A stretch of 64,000 nucleotides of DNA from a bacterium (GCA_965249485.1 OZ252239.1:1568001-1632000); one strand, 5' to 3'. Shown: positions 42,816 to 53,943, counted from the first letter of the stretch. A program made the numbers and translations. The notes: a model not told the origin generated them from the sequence alone.

Positions 42816-44894
42816 TTGAAACGTATATCTAAACATATTTATAGTGATTCTACATTTCTTCATGTAGTTTGCCGGCGTCTTTTCAGCACCTTTCTTGTAT
42901 ATGCTTTTTTTAGCGCTTCCAGCGTTTACTCGCAGTATTCAGATAACACACCTGCCCTTAGTGATTTTGGTCCCCCTGATCTGGTCCACATGCTTGATAT
43001 GGAAATAATTGACAATACCGCATATGTTGTCGGATCAGGCGGTTATTGGGTATTTGATGTAAGCGATCCAAGCAATCCTGTTCTCAACAACAGTGTTACT
43101 AACAATCTTTTTGAAATGTACAGTCTCGCCATTCGGGACAGTATCATGTTTACGTGCGAACGTTTCGACGGCTTGGGAATATATGATGTGACCAAATCAG
43201 AACCGGTATATTACTATCCCCAGTACCGTTCATCATATGACAGCTCGTATGAATATGCTATTTTTGTGGAGGATTATCTTTATCTTGCGGCCCATGGCCA
43301 GGGAGTTGAGGTAACAGATGTTAGTATACTTACACGTCCTGAACTCGTATCGAGGGTTTTTACAACGAACGCATTTGCTCTGGTTCAGGTTGATGACTAT
43401 GTATTTGTAGCTGATGGAGATGGGGGACTCACTGTCCTCGATGTGTCTGATCCAGCTGCTCCTGTGAATTTAAACACTGTTTCTACAAACGGCTTTGCAA
43501 TTGATATAGGTATCAACGGAACATATGCGTTTGTGGCTGTCGGTAGCAGTGGAATGGATGTTTTTGATATTTCAAATCCCGAATCCCCTCTGTTTATTAC
43601 CAATTATCATGAAAGCGGTTTTACGAACCGTATAGTAATTGAAAATGATCTCGCATATCTTGCTAATTGGGAAACTGTTGAAATCGTTGATATTTCTGAT
43701 CCTAATAATCCGCTGATCCTGGCGACTCAACATGCATTTTTGAGAGCAATGGCGATCGGTGTGCAAGACAATACATTTTACGTCGGGGACTGGTCGAGAT
43801 TGAGAATATATCGTTATGATGACATCACAGCACCTGATATCAACACCGTTCCACTAAGTTTAAGTTTTGGTGTAATATCACCCGGTTTATCACAAAGTCT
43901 TACCTTAACAGTTGAAAATCTTGGTCATGAACCTTTAGAGGTACTTGATGTTAATGCACAAGGCGAGTTTTCGTTGAATTTTTCTCCTTTTGTTCTTGAT
44001 CCGTTTGAAACCAAAGAAATTCCCGTGTTCTTTTCACCTAATGGAACTGGGCGTATATCAAGTTTTGTAACAATCAGATCAGATGATCCTGACGAACCGG
44101 TAAAAATCGTACCTCTGATAGGTGGACAAGACACTAATAATATCGGCATAGGCGATATTCCACCCGATTTAGAATTGCTTGATACAGACGGCAATCTGAT
44201 CAGTATGGAAAGTATTCTTAATAAGAACAAGATCGTTGTTCTTGTGATGTTTGCTACCTGGTGACCAATATGTGGTCCGGAGGTTTCGGTCATAGAAACA
44301 GTCATTTGGCAGAAATTTAAGGATAAAGATGTTGTTGTATATGGGATCAATATAAGTGAAGGAGATCTATTAGTTAAACGTTTTAAAGAGCAGTTTAATA
44401 TCTCCTTTCCAGTTTTGCTGGGGGAAGACGATACATATTGGTCATACAATATCCGCGGAGAACATGTGTCACCATTTCCGAGGGATTTTGTCATAGGTGC
44501 TGACCGCAAAATCGCGTATTTTTCTGCTAAATTTGAGCCGGCAGTCATGACTCAGGTGATAGAAGATGAATTGAAAAAATTAGAAGGCAAGAGTAGGAAC
44601 ACAACAATAATACCCAAGACGATTGATCTTGAAAAATCTTTTCCAAATCCATTTAACAATAATACTCGGATACAATACCAAATTGGAGCCTCGGTTCATG
44701 TACAATTGTTAATTTACGACAGCAGGGGCAGTTTGGTTAAAACATTGGTCAATGAAAAGCAAACTGTTGGAAGATTCGAGGTAAATTGGGATGGTCGTAA
44801 CGATAATGGTGAGGGCATTTCTTCAGGCATTTATTTTGTTCAAATAAAGACAGGAAAATTTCAAGATACTCTAAAGATTGCATATATTAAGTAA
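42816..44894 (+). CDS. Putative selenoprotein: LVIVD repeats + Ig-like + TlpA/Trx (UxxC) + T9SS/FlgD-type C-terminal domain, 692 aa
   Basis: TGA 44262-44264 within FATW-U-PICGPE; frame stays open into ORF 44415-44894; SECIS-like hairpin downstream. Confidence 0.85.
44271..44294 (+). promoter_or_regulatory. Bacterial SECIS-like hairpin
   Basis: UGUGG-(U bulge)-CCGGA-GGU-UUCGG-UCAUA; loop begins 18 nt after the UGA. Confidence 0.7.
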
Positions 44895-44915
44895 TTACAA
44901 ACTACAGGATAGTTC

Positions 44916-45477
44916 ATGAAATATAATTTAATAGTCATAAAAACTTTAGTTGTTATAACACTGATTACTGTCGGTTGCGGGGGCGGTGAAAGTGGATTAC
45001 CCACAAATAATTCGGGAAATCAACCTCCTCCTCCTGCCAATGATGATAATGGATTAAACTTTACAGATTTTACCCTTACAGATACGGATGGGATTACTCA
45101 CACGTTAAGTTCGTATATAAGGACAGGTTATTGTTTTAAATTTTTTTGCATCTTGGTGTGGCCCGTGCCAGGATGAAATGCCTCAACTCGAAGAAAATAT
45201 TTGGCAAGTTTTTAAAGATAGTGGTGTCATTGTTTTCGGTATCGATCTGCAAGAGGATTTAGGAACGGTAAAACTATTCACTGTCAATAATGAACTGACA
45301 TTTCCAACAGCTATTGATAATAACGGAGATATATTTGTGTCATATGCAGGCGGAAATGCTGTCGTTTATGTACCTTATAATGTTATTATCGATAAAGATT
45401 TGAATATCAGATATTCTGAGACAGGGTATAGAGAGAATATCATGATAAATCTCATTAATGATATACTCTCAAATTAA
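44916..45477 (+). pseudogene. TlpA-like redoxin lipoprotein with a +1 frameshift near 45118
   Basis: Lipobox TVGC; shifted frame gives GQVIVLNFFASWCGPCQDEMP, continuing into ORF 45178. Confidence 0.8.
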
Positions 45478-45501
45478 TTATTCAATAGAATCTAAATTCA
45501 A

Positions 45502-46029
45502 ATGAAAAACCGGTTGTCGATAATCTTCTTAATTGCACTGTTCATTACTGCTGCTTTTTCGCAGGATGCGATTGCTCAGAATAAAGATGAACTAGGGTCT
45601 ATAAATTTCACTTCAAAGAACCTTAACAGCAGAAATGTTCGTCTTAATAAGTTACTCGAAAAAGGGCCTGTATTGCTTAATTTCTTGGCATTGTGGTGTG
45701 TCCCCTGTATGAAGGAACTACCTTATATCAACAAAATTAATAATGATTATAAAAATTTGGGTCTATCGGTAGTAACCGTAAATGAAGATTCACCAACCGA
45801 TCAGTCAAAGGTAAAACCGTTTATACGACAAAAGAGATTTAAATTCGAAGTTGTATTTGATGAAAATAAAGATATCTGGAATAAGTTTTTGATTCTTTCT
45901 TTGCCGACCACCATTCTTTTAAACAAAAACAAGGAGATAGTCTATTCACATACGGGTTATAAACCCGGAGATGAAGAAGCACTCAATGCTGCCGTGGAAT
46001 CTCTTCTGAACAAAACAAATGATAATTGA
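45502..46029 (+). CDS. TlpA-family thiol-disulfide oxidoreductase
   Basis: Signal peptide, ALWCVPCMKELP, and cis-Pro LPTT. Confidence 0.9.
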   Translation: MKNRLSIIFLIALFITAAFSQDAIAQNKDELGSINFTSKNLNSRNVRLNKLLEKGPVLLNFLALWCVPCMKELPYINKINNDYKNLGLSVVTVNEDSPTDQSKVKPFIRQKRFKFEVVFDENKDIWNKFLILSLPTTILLNKNKEIVYSHTGYKPGDEEALNAAVESLLNKTNDN

Positions 46030-46036
46030 TTAACTC

Positions 46037-47536
46037 ATGCAATTTCACCGTCTCACATTTGTCCTAAAATCAATCCGATTAAAAACTAGTTTATATACGT
46101 GCATTATGAGTATTTTCAGCATCATATTATGCGAATCTTTCCAGAATTACGCTTATGGGCAACTTGGACCGGGAAGCTTTAGGTTAACCAATAGAATGAT
46201 TAATACGGTTGATGATAATTCAAATGAAAACGAATTTAATAATTGGTTAAATTTTGAATACAATTACAGCTCATTTTCAACCGGATTTAGGTTTGAAGCA
46301 CACGATCCGGAAAATGAGAATGTATATTCCAACGATTTTTCGCAAAGATTTTTAGAATATCGAAATGACTGGCTCAAATTAAGAGTTGGCAATTTTTATG
46401 AGCGGTTTGGAAGGGGAATTATATTTCATACGTTTGAAATTCAATCCCAAACACTTGACAGAACTGAACAGAACTTTATAATCGACAGGAATATCGATGG
46501 AGTGAATCTCCATATTGCAACTGACAATCTCGAAGTTAAAGGTATCTTCGGAAAACCATTAAAAATGCTCAGTAGTGAACGAGGACGATCACTTGGAGGT
46601 GGAGAGATTCAATATCGACCGGCATATTGGCTGCTTCTTGGAGGTACATATTTAAATAGTAGTACAGATGATTTCCTCGGAGGAACAATTGATTTTGATA
46701 TTTCTTCTGCCGAATTGGGTCTAAATATTGGGCTATTTGATATATATACGGAAATTGCACATTCAAAATCTTCACAACCTGATTTACAATCGGATGGTGA
46801 TGCACTATATGTAAATGCGACATATTCCGGAGAATATTTCGGTTTAAGTGCTGATATGAAACGATATGAAAACTTCTCAACAATATTTAATAATCCTCCT
46901 GCTCTTGTCAAGACACATTCCTTTACTCTGCTCAATAGACATACACATTCTCTGAACGCAAAGGATGAAACAGGTTTTCAGTTTGAAGGATATATGAGTC
47001 CAACAGACAAGTCCACATTTACGATCCATGCATCCGGTTCAGATAATATAGAGCGAAACGATAGACGGAGATTCAGAGAATATTTTATTCAAAACAGGCA
47101 GGAATGGGGAGATAATTGGATATCACGGGTATTAGTCGATTATAGTAAAGACCGGCCAGTAGGAGATCTCAATCGTTGGACGCTTGCAACTGAAGTGGAT
47201 TACTTTTTTCAAGGGCTGAATAGTATTGTGACCGATTTTCAGGTGCAAAGCATTGATAATGAAAATTCGGGGAAACATTGGAATTATCTTGGAGTTTTTG
47301 CATTTTCAAGGGCACCGAGATTTACTGCAACACTACAGAGTGAATGGACAACGGATGAAACTTCCCTAAGGTCCAATTGGACAGCAGGAATTCTCAGTCT
47401 AAAAATTATGCAGCAAAACGATCTTTTGTTGACACTTGGTGCGCGGCCACCTGGTATTGTATGCTCCGGAGGGATTTGCACATTTGTACCGGAATTCGAA
47501 GGATTTGAAGCACGTTGGAATTTCAGAATATACTAA
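46037..47536 (+). CDS. DUF6029-like outer-membrane protein
   Basis: GNFYERFGRG; C-terminal GIVCSGGICTFVPEFEG. Confidence 0.7.
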   Translation: MQFHRLTFVLKSIRLKTSLYTCIMSIFSIILCESFQNYAYGQLGPGSFRLTNRMINTVDDNSNENEFNNWLNFEYNYSSFSTGFRFEAHDPENENVYSNDFSQRFLEYRNDWLKLRVGNFYERFGRGIIFHTFEIQSQTLDRTEQNFIIDRNIDGVNLHIATDNLEVKGIFGKPLKMLSSERGRSLGGGEIQYRPAYWLLLGGTYLNSSTDDFLGGTIDFDISSAELGLNIGLFDIYTEIAHSKSSQPDLQSDGDALYVNATYSGEYFGLSADMKRYENFSTIFNNPPALVKTHSFTLLNRHTHSLNAKDETGFQFEGYMSPTDKSTFTIHASGSDNIERNDRRRFREYFIQNRQEWGDNWISRVLVDYSKDRPVGDLNRWTLATEVDYFFQGLNSIVTDFQVQSIDNENSGKHWNYLGVFAFSRAPRFTATLQSEWTTDETSLRSNWTAGILSLKIMQQNDLLLTLGARPPGIVCSGGICTFVPEFEGFEARWNFRIY

Positions 47537-47686
47537 TTCATAATTATCTATGCTTATCAAATTATGTAATTTTCAAAGCCGTACATGCGAGTAAATATCT
47601 TCATACAATATCCAAATAGCAATGTCAAGTGCACTTTAAATTAAACATGAACATATTGAAAGAGCAATAATGTCTTGGGGAGTTAT

Positions 47687-49378
47687 TTATGAATTTTTCT
47701 CCGAAATAATTGGATTTAAAAGCAGTGCAAGGATAATGAGAATTACGCAGCCTATCATGTTGTACCAGAGGTAGGGGACGTCGGTGAAGAAAAAACAGGC
47801 AAAAACTACCAATTCTGCAATGATAGCTGCAATGAAGGTTGCGGTACCTCCAATCGATTTAAAATAGAATGCCACAAGAAATATTCCGAGAATGGTACCG
47901 TAAAAGAGAGAGCCGAGTATGTTAACGGCCTCGATCAATGAACCGAGACGATTGGCAAACAGTGCAAAACTAATAGCATAAATCCCCCAAAAAATCGTAG
48001 CGAGTTTCGATGCTATGAGGTAGTGGCGATCGGTTGCATCTTTTTTGATCATCCTTTTATAAATATCTATGATCGTTGTCGATGCCAGAGCGTTAAGCTC
48101 CGCAGATGTTGAAGACATTGATGCCGATAAAATTGCAGCGAGCACAAGTCCGATGAGTCCCACCGGCAGGAAGTTGATAACAAAGGTTAAAAATACATAA
48201 TTCGTATCATTGGTATCTGCTTCCGGATTAGCTTCCGATATAAACTGTATTGCTTCGTTTCTGATACGCAGTTCTGCATTTCGCGATGAAGTGATCTCAT
48301 TGACAGCAGATTCTACTTCAGATTCACTGCCCGAATCAACAGCAGCTAACATATCCCGGATTTGTTGTTGCTTTTCGGTGTGAATCTGTTTGTATTCACT
48401 TTCCAACATCCGGTATTCAGCTGAATAGGAGCTCGATTTAACCGTATCGGTCTCAACTGAGTTGAAAAAGAGTGGAGGAGCGACAAATTGATAAAATACA
48501 AACACCATTGCCCCGATAAATAATATTGCGAACTGCATGGGAATTTTCACGAGTCCGTTGACGAGAAGTCCCATCCGGCTCTGTGCAATTGAACTTCCCG
48601 AGAGATACCGCTGCACTTGTGATTGGTCTGTTCCAAAATAGGAGAGAGCGAGAAACGTGCCGCCGATGATACCCGACCAGAAATTGTATCTATCTCGCCA
48701 GTCAAAATCAAACGTAATTGCATTGAGTTTCCCCATTTTTCCAGCTACATGGGCAGCATCAAAAAATGAAATGTCGGAAGGAAGGAGGTGGAATATCATG
48801 AAACATGCAGCAAACATACCAACAAAAATGATCGTCATTTGAAGTAAATGTGTCTTGTTGACGGCATCTGTACCGCCAACAGTTGTATAGAGGATTACAA
48901 GAATCCCAATGATGAAAATGGTGAGAGTTAAATTCCAGCCGAGGAGTACAGACAAAATCAATGCCGGAGCAAATATCGTAAATCCTGCCGCCAAGCCTCG
49001 CTGTGTTAAAAACAGGATGCTGCCTAGAGCACGGTTCTTGAGGTCGAACCGCAGTTCAAGATATTCATATGCAGTAAATACATTCAACTTATGAAACAGA
49101 GGAACGGCAGTGACGGAGAGGATGACCATTGCAATCGGAAGGCCAAAATAGAACTGAACAAACCGCATACCGTCTACAAATGCCTGGCCGGGTGTGGAGA
49201 GAAATGTGATAGCGCTGGCCTGCGTGGCCATAATCGAAAGTGTTACTGTATACCAGGGTGTGGATCTATTCGCCAGTAGAAATTCTTTAATATTTTTTTT
49301 CCCACGAGTTTTCCAGATTCCGTAAACAACAACAAACGTCAGGAATGAACTCAGCACGATCCAATCAATTATACTCAT
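47687..49378 (-). CDS. Sodium:solute symporter
   Basis: ATQASAITFL, GTDQSQVQRYL and AILSASMSS motifs. Confidence 0.9.
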   Translation of the reverse strand: MSIIDWIVLSSFLTFVVVYGIWKTRGKKNIKEFLLANRSTPWYTVTLSIMATQASAITFLSTPGQAFVDGMRFVQFYFGLPIAMVILSVTAVPLFHKLNVFTAYEYLELRFDLKNRALGSILFLTQRGLAAGFTIFAPALILSVLLGWNLTLTIFIIGILVILYTTVGGTDAVNKTHLLQMTIIFVGMFAACFMIFHLLPSDISFFDAAHVAGKMGKLNAITFDFDWRDRYNFWSGIIGGTFLALSYFGTDQSQVQRYLSGSSIAQSRMGLLVNGLVKIPMQFAILFIGAMVFVFYQFVAPPLFFNSVETDTVKSSSYSAEYRMLESEYKQIHTEKQQQIRDMLAAVDSGSESEVESAVNEITSSRNAELRIRNEAIQFISEANPEADTNDTNYVFLTFVINFLPVGLIGLVLAAILSASMSSTSAELNALASTTIIDIYKRMIKKDATDRHYLIASKLATIFWGIYAISFALFANRLGSLIEAVNILGSLFYGTILGIFLVAFYFKSIGGTATFIAAIIAELVVFACFFFTDVPYLWYNMIGCVILIILALLLNPIISEKNS

Positions 49379-49440
49379 CTATACGACCGCTTCACGGCTA
49401 TGTTGATCATCATCATGTGTTGGATATGAGACACAATTCA

Positions 49441-49575
49441 CTAATTAAATGTTTGAGTAAATAGATAAAAGAGTATTATTAGAACCGTCAGATTGAGGAG
49501 GACAAGTGTATATAATTTCCTCCATGACGAAAGAATGGGTGGTTTTTCCTCGTTTGTCTGGGTGTGATTTGACAC
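49441..49575 (-). CDS. 44-aa single-TM protein missed by the ORF track
   Basis: GTG...EEKPPILSSWRKLYTLVLLNLTVLIILFYLFTQTFN*, between the PIG-L and SSS genes. Confidence 0.7.
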   Translation of the reverse strand: MSNHTQTNEEKPPILSSWRKLYTLVLLNLTVLIILFYLFTQTFN

Positions 49576-49576
49576 A

Positions 49577-52141
49577 TTAGTTGCCACTATATTTCCCTGC
49601 TGATATTAAATTTGCAAAGAGCCGATATGCTCCTGGAACACCTGCCGGAAGTTCCCTGAACCATGATATCCCGGTATAGATAAAAACACCTTTTCCATAA
49701 CGGGTAAAAATGAGGCTGCCCTCTTTGTTCGACTCGTTCGGGTCGTGGCTCGAAAAAATTGTTTCATATTTATCGTCCCACTGTGTTGCGAAATAGAGCC
49801 CTCGTTCTTGAACCCACCCTTCAAAATCTCTATTCGTGATCCTGTTCGGAAAATTCAGAAGTTGATGGCCCGGTTTAAGAAATGATACCGGCGCTGTTTC
49901 GACACTCACCCGGTCACGTCCAATTGTGAATGGGTAGGGTCCAATTTGTGCTGTGTTCAGATCATTTGCTACATTGTATTGCACAATAAATGTTCCGCCG
50001 TTCTTCACGTAATTGATAAGCCGCGGCTGAGCAAACTGAAGCCGTTCCCGAGTGTTATACGCCCGGACACCGGTAAGGATAGCATCAAACTGTGATAAAT
50101 CGCCATTTTCCAGCACATCATCGTTCATAAGTACAACATTATATCCAAGATTCCGCAGTCCATCCGGCACTTCGTCCCCGGCGCCCATAATATAGCCAAT
50201 CGTATCGCCACGCTTCGTAATGTCGAGGTTGACCATTTTAATAATGTTCTCGGGAAAAAGAACTTGATGAGTAATATGCGGATAAGAAATCTCAACAAGT
50301 GAATGAGTATAATGTTCACCGTTCACTTCGACTTCGGTTGTGAAAATTGCTTCATCCGAATCCGCAGGTGGTGTCACGGTGAATGATACTAATTCTTCGT
50401 CAAATGTTTGAGAAAGTGAAAAGGAGATTGAAGCGGGATTGATTTTCCAATTAATCGGCCCTTTTAGACGAATTATACCAGAAATGTCTGGCGAATGTCC
50501 TTTGAGGCTGACTGCAATTTCTTTTGGCTTATTGTTCGTAAAAACGGTCACCTTATCTTCAAAATTAGCCGTAATCAATGGTCTGACTTCAAAAGGGCGG
50601 TACAATTCACCGGCAACACTGTCTTCCCAACGATACAGGAGTGGTACCGTGAATTGTAAACGGATATTGTTACTACTAACAGTAACAAGTGCTTGAATAG
50701 CCGCTGGGTTTTCTGCAATTCCGACCATATTCTGATCTGCAATGGTAAACGTGCCTTTACCCTGTTTTTCGCGCAGCCAGTATGGCTGGGATGTTGGATA
50801 TGTATTGGGAATATGGAGTGTTTTGTCTACCGATATCTGATCGTTGTTGCTCAACGTCATATTCAGGTTTGATTCTGAGTAAATTCCCGAAAAATCAATT
50901 TTTTCAAGTTCAAAAGGATGATTCGACCGGTTGACGAGTGTCGTACGGACCGGAATACTGCTCCCCGGTGCTCCTGCGTAACTATCCGCAATAGCTTCAA
51001 TCCAGAGACCGGCACTTGTTTGAATGGCTCGCAGTAACTCTTTTTGTTTTGTCTCAGTCCAATTATTCTTTCCCAACGTGTTGAGTTTATTATATGCTTC
51101 AATGAGATGTGGTGTTGATAATGCAGGATTACGTGGATCGAACGAATTAAGGGCGTTCTCGATTATAGCGCCAACAGATTTCCCGCCGGGGACTCTGTTC
51201 CACGAGATATCGATCTCATCAAATATATTGGATGAAAATGGCTCACCATCGATTAGATTAAAAAACTCATATTCGTTTCCACGGTCGGCAGTAGAACCGA
51301 ATCCCTGACTCTTGTGCATAGAACGGCTTTCAGCGGAAATTTCCGAGAACGATTTTCCAAGGAGCGGTTCATATTTGCCGATATTAATTTTTGCGGCACT
51401 TCTGAGTTCGTCCTGACTCATCCGCCAATTGTTCCAAACAATTCTTTTTGCCTGCCATGGCTGAACATACCGAAGCTGCTTCGGGAATTGTAATGGATCG
51501 GCAGCAGCCTTGAAAGCTTCCAAAGCAAGAATTCCTGTGGCGGTATGGTGACCGTGCCCCGCAGACCTTCCGGGCGGAAATCGGGATACAATGACATCCG
51601 GTCGGAATTTACGGATAATCCAGACTACATCCGAAAGAATTGTCTCTTTACCCCAGAATTCAAAGGTTTCATCCGGAGTTTTTGAATAGCCGAAGTCAAT
51701 TGCCCTGGTAAAAAATTGTTCGGCACCGTCGATTTTTCGCGCTTCCAGCAACTCCTGTGTGCGGATGATACCTATCTCAGCCCCCTTTTCGGAGCCGATC
51801 AGGTTTTGTCCGCCGTCCCCACGTGTCATAGCAAGATATGCAGTCCGGAATTTCCCGGATTTGGCAAAATGGGCAAGAGCAGCTGTATTTTCGTCATCCG
51901 GGTGTGCGGCGATCATCAAAACACTACCAAGCACGTTGAGTTTTTGCAGTGCAATATGCAATTCACCCGAATCAAAATTTGTTCCAGGCTGAGCATTTAT
52001 GTTACTTTGTAGGAGCACAACAAGGAGCAGTGCACATGTAAGAGCAGATTTAAAAGACCTGTACATAACTTTCGAGACTCCTGATAATTTAACTATATGA
52101 TAACCTGAGAAACGACCGTTCAAAACGGTATTATTGTGCAA
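49577..52141 (-). CDS. PIG-L/LmbE-family deacetylase, multidomain
   Basis: AHPDDE, TRGDGGQN and GHGHH motifs. Confidence 0.9.
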   Translation of the reverse strand: MHNNTVLNGRFSGYHIVKLSGVSKVMYRSFKSALTCALLLVVLLQSNINAQPGTNFDSGELHIALQKLNVLGSVLMIAAHPDDENTAALAHFAKSGKFRTAYLAMTRGDGGQNLIGSEKGAEIGIIRTQELLEARKIDGAEQFFTRAIDFGYSKTPDETFEFWGKETILSDVVWIIRKFRPDVIVSRFPPGRSAGHGHHTATGILALEAFKAAADPLQFPKQLRYVQPWQAKRIVWNNWRMSQDELRSAAKINIGKYEPLLGKSFSEISAESRSMHKSQGFGSTADRGNEYEFFNLIDGEPFSSNIFDEIDISWNRVPGGKSVGAIIENALNSFDPRNPALSTPHLIEAYNKLNTLGKNNWTETKQKELLRAIQTSAGLWIEAIADSYAGAPGSSIPVRTTLVNRSNHPFELEKIDFSGIYSESNLNMTLSNNDQISVDKTLHIPNTYPTSQPYWLREKQGKGTFTIADQNMVGIAENPAAIQALVTVSSNNIRLQFTVPLLYRWEDSVAGELYRPFEVRPLITANFEDKVTVFTNNKPKEIAVSLKGHSPDISGIIRLKGPINWKINPASISFSLSQTFDEELVSFTVTPPADSDEAIFTTEVEVNGEHYTHSLVEISYPHITHQVLFPENIIKMVNLDITKRGDTIGYIMGAGDEVPDGLRNLGYNVVLMNDDVLENGDLSQFDAILTGVRAYNTRERLQFAQPRLINYVKNGGTFIVQYNVANDLNTAQIGPYPFTIGRDRVSVETAPVSFLKPGHQLLNFPNRITNRDFEGWVQERGLYFATQWDDKYETIFSSHDPNESNKEGSLIFTRYGKGVFIYTGISWFRELPAGVPGAYRLFANLISAGKYSGN

Positions 52142-52144
52142 GTA

Positions 52145-52729
52145 TTAATTACTCAACCTGATTGAAAACGGAATTTTAAGCTTTTCCCAATGGACGTATG
52201 CAGTTGCAGAATTCCCATCTAAATTCTCAAACCCAAAGACAAGCCATTCCTGGTGCGATGCTTGTTCGGGAGTAACAGTGACTCGGAGTGCATCATCTTT
52301 CTGAAAATAAGCATAACTGCCCCATTCGGCGTTTTTCTTGCTGAACATAATAGTCCAGTCACCCTGTGCCGGAATCATATGAATTCCGTATTTACCCATT
52401 GGTAACCGTTTTCCCTCAATCATAACGTCGCTGGTGAATTCGATTGTCGTATTTTCGTTTGCTCCTGCACGCCAGGGGATTGGATTTCCGTTTGAATAAT
52501 CGTTACCCTTTTCAAAACCATACGGGACAAGTTCTCCCCAAATATTTCTTCCTTTAACGCCCGGCCTGCTGTATTCGATAGTAACATCCGTGTCAACTCC
52601 GAGACGCTGGCTCACGCTAGCAGCAAGGCTTGCTCGGACTTCATCATCCTGCGCTGAAGCAGAGATAGGAAGGTTCAACAAGAATGCACAAAGCGTGAAA
52701 ATGCTGAAAATAAAATATATGCGCTTCAT
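52145..52729 (-). CDS. DUF2911 family protein
   Basis: YSRPGVKGR.IWG.LVPYG...WRAGANE motif. Confidence 0.9.
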   Translation of the reverse strand: MKRIYFIFSIFTLCAFLLNLPISASAQDDEVRASLAASVSQRLGVDTDVTIEYSRPGVKGRNIWGELVPYGFEKGNDYSNGNPIPWRAGANENTTIEFTSDVMIEGKRLPMGKYGIHMIPAQGDWTIMFSKKNAEWGSYAYFQKDDALRVTVTPEQASHQEWLVFGFENLDGNSATAYVHWEKLKIPFSIRLSN

Positions 52730-53043
52730 AATAGATCCCTTTATATGATTTATAGGTATGAAATGGTTGGTCTGTTAAAATGTTTACAAGAATTTAAACG
52801 TTAATCTTGAATTGTCAAGGCAAAAGAGTTGTTAGTGGAATATAATCTACATTTTCAACTCTACAAAGCTACAATTATTTATTTAGTGCATATAATACCT
52901 TTCACCGGTTATTTTATTCAATAAATTATTGTAAGTAACAGAATATATCTTTTAAAAATGCCCGGAACAAGTATAACAGGTTGAAAAGCAGTCTTGCATT
53001 TTAATCAGTGCATTGCATGTGCGCTAAAATTTTATAATACCTG

Positions 53044-53118
53044 AAAAAAAACACTCACAGCAAGCTGTGAGTGTTTTTGCGTTGTGAAGCAAATTCGTGT
53101 TACATTCAACACGAATTT
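53044..53118. terminator. Two adjacent hairpins (terminator-like)
   Basis: AAAAACACTCACAGC-AA-GCTGTGAGTGTTTTT and AAATTCGTGTT...AACACGAATTT. Confidence 0.7.
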
Positions 53119-53136
53119 CAGGAGAACTATAAAATA

Positions 53137-53943
53137 TTAATTCTGATCCAATTGTACCTTTATCCATAGCTCATGATGTTGAAGCATCTGCTGGTTACCA
53201 TTGGATCCTCTTGTTCCGCCACCGGGCATGCCCCCTCTCATACCTCCTCCTCCTCGATCTCCGGAACGTCCACCACCGCCCATTGGTCTCTGGCCCGATC
53301 TTCTGCCCAACGATGCTTGTGAATTTCCTATTTCAAGTCCCAGACTGATATTATCCCCTTCTGATATGTCAATCGCAAAAGGGATACTCCTATCGCGCCG
53401 GAGGGGTATCATTATTTCAAATGTGAATCGCCCATATTCTGATTTAGATGCTCCTATAGGAGTAAATTCACCCGTTTCCGGACTGTACCCTTCTCCTAAA
53501 CGATTAACAATACTAATTCCAGTCATGCGGTTTTGCACTCGCTCTTCAAACACACTTTGCTGTTCAGGAGATAACCGATCTGTTTGTCCATTTTTACGGT
53601 TATCTTCTCCTGCAAATTCGGGAACATATTTTATCCCGATTTCCTTCTCTTTGTCTCCGTTATTGTCAAGCCAGATAGTGATTCCGTTCCTCTGAATTGA
53701 CCTGGCAAGCCCGAGGTCCTGAAAACCCATCAGTACATAGAGACGGTCATTCGTATTGCTTAATCCAATAAATACATTCGGGTCTTCAAAGTCGGTGACG
53801 GTAACATTTTCCCAGTCTGAACCGATTCCGTCAACCGTCATTGGTGTATCGATCCAAATACTTTTAACATCCTGACTCTTACAACCGTTCACGATACCCG
53901 ACAGAAGAATCAAACAAACACAAAACATTAAATTTCTCATCAT
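53137..53943 (-). CDS. Hypothetical lipoprotein with Gly-rich tail
   Basis: Lipobox VNGC; VDG..DW motif. Confidence 0.75.
   Translation of the reverse strand: MMRNLMFCVCLILLSGIVNGCKSQDVKSIWIDTPMTVDGIGSDWENVTVTDFEDPNVFIGLSNTNDRLYVLMGFQDLGLARSIQRNGITIWLDNNGDKEKEIGIKYVPEFAGEDNRKNGQTDRLSPEQQSVFEERVQNRMTGISIVNRLGEGYSPETGEFTPIGASKSEYGRFTFEIMIPLRRDRSIPFAIDISEGDNISLGLEIGNSQASLGRRSGQRPMGGGGRSGDRGGGGMRGGMPGGGTRGSNGNQQMLQHHELWIKVQLDQN

Noticed and set aside
43925..44548. 207-aa minus-strand ORF across the Sec codon
   Set aside because: Antisense shadow of a well-supported coding region, with no recognisable motifs
45174..45176. TGA ending ORF 44916-45176 as a second Sec codon
   Set aside because: It lies in the wrong frame; the true motif WCGPC is in the +1 frame after a frameshift
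53201..53695. Pro-rich ORF (and similarly 62542-62853)
   Set aside because: Antisense of Gly-rich coding sequence
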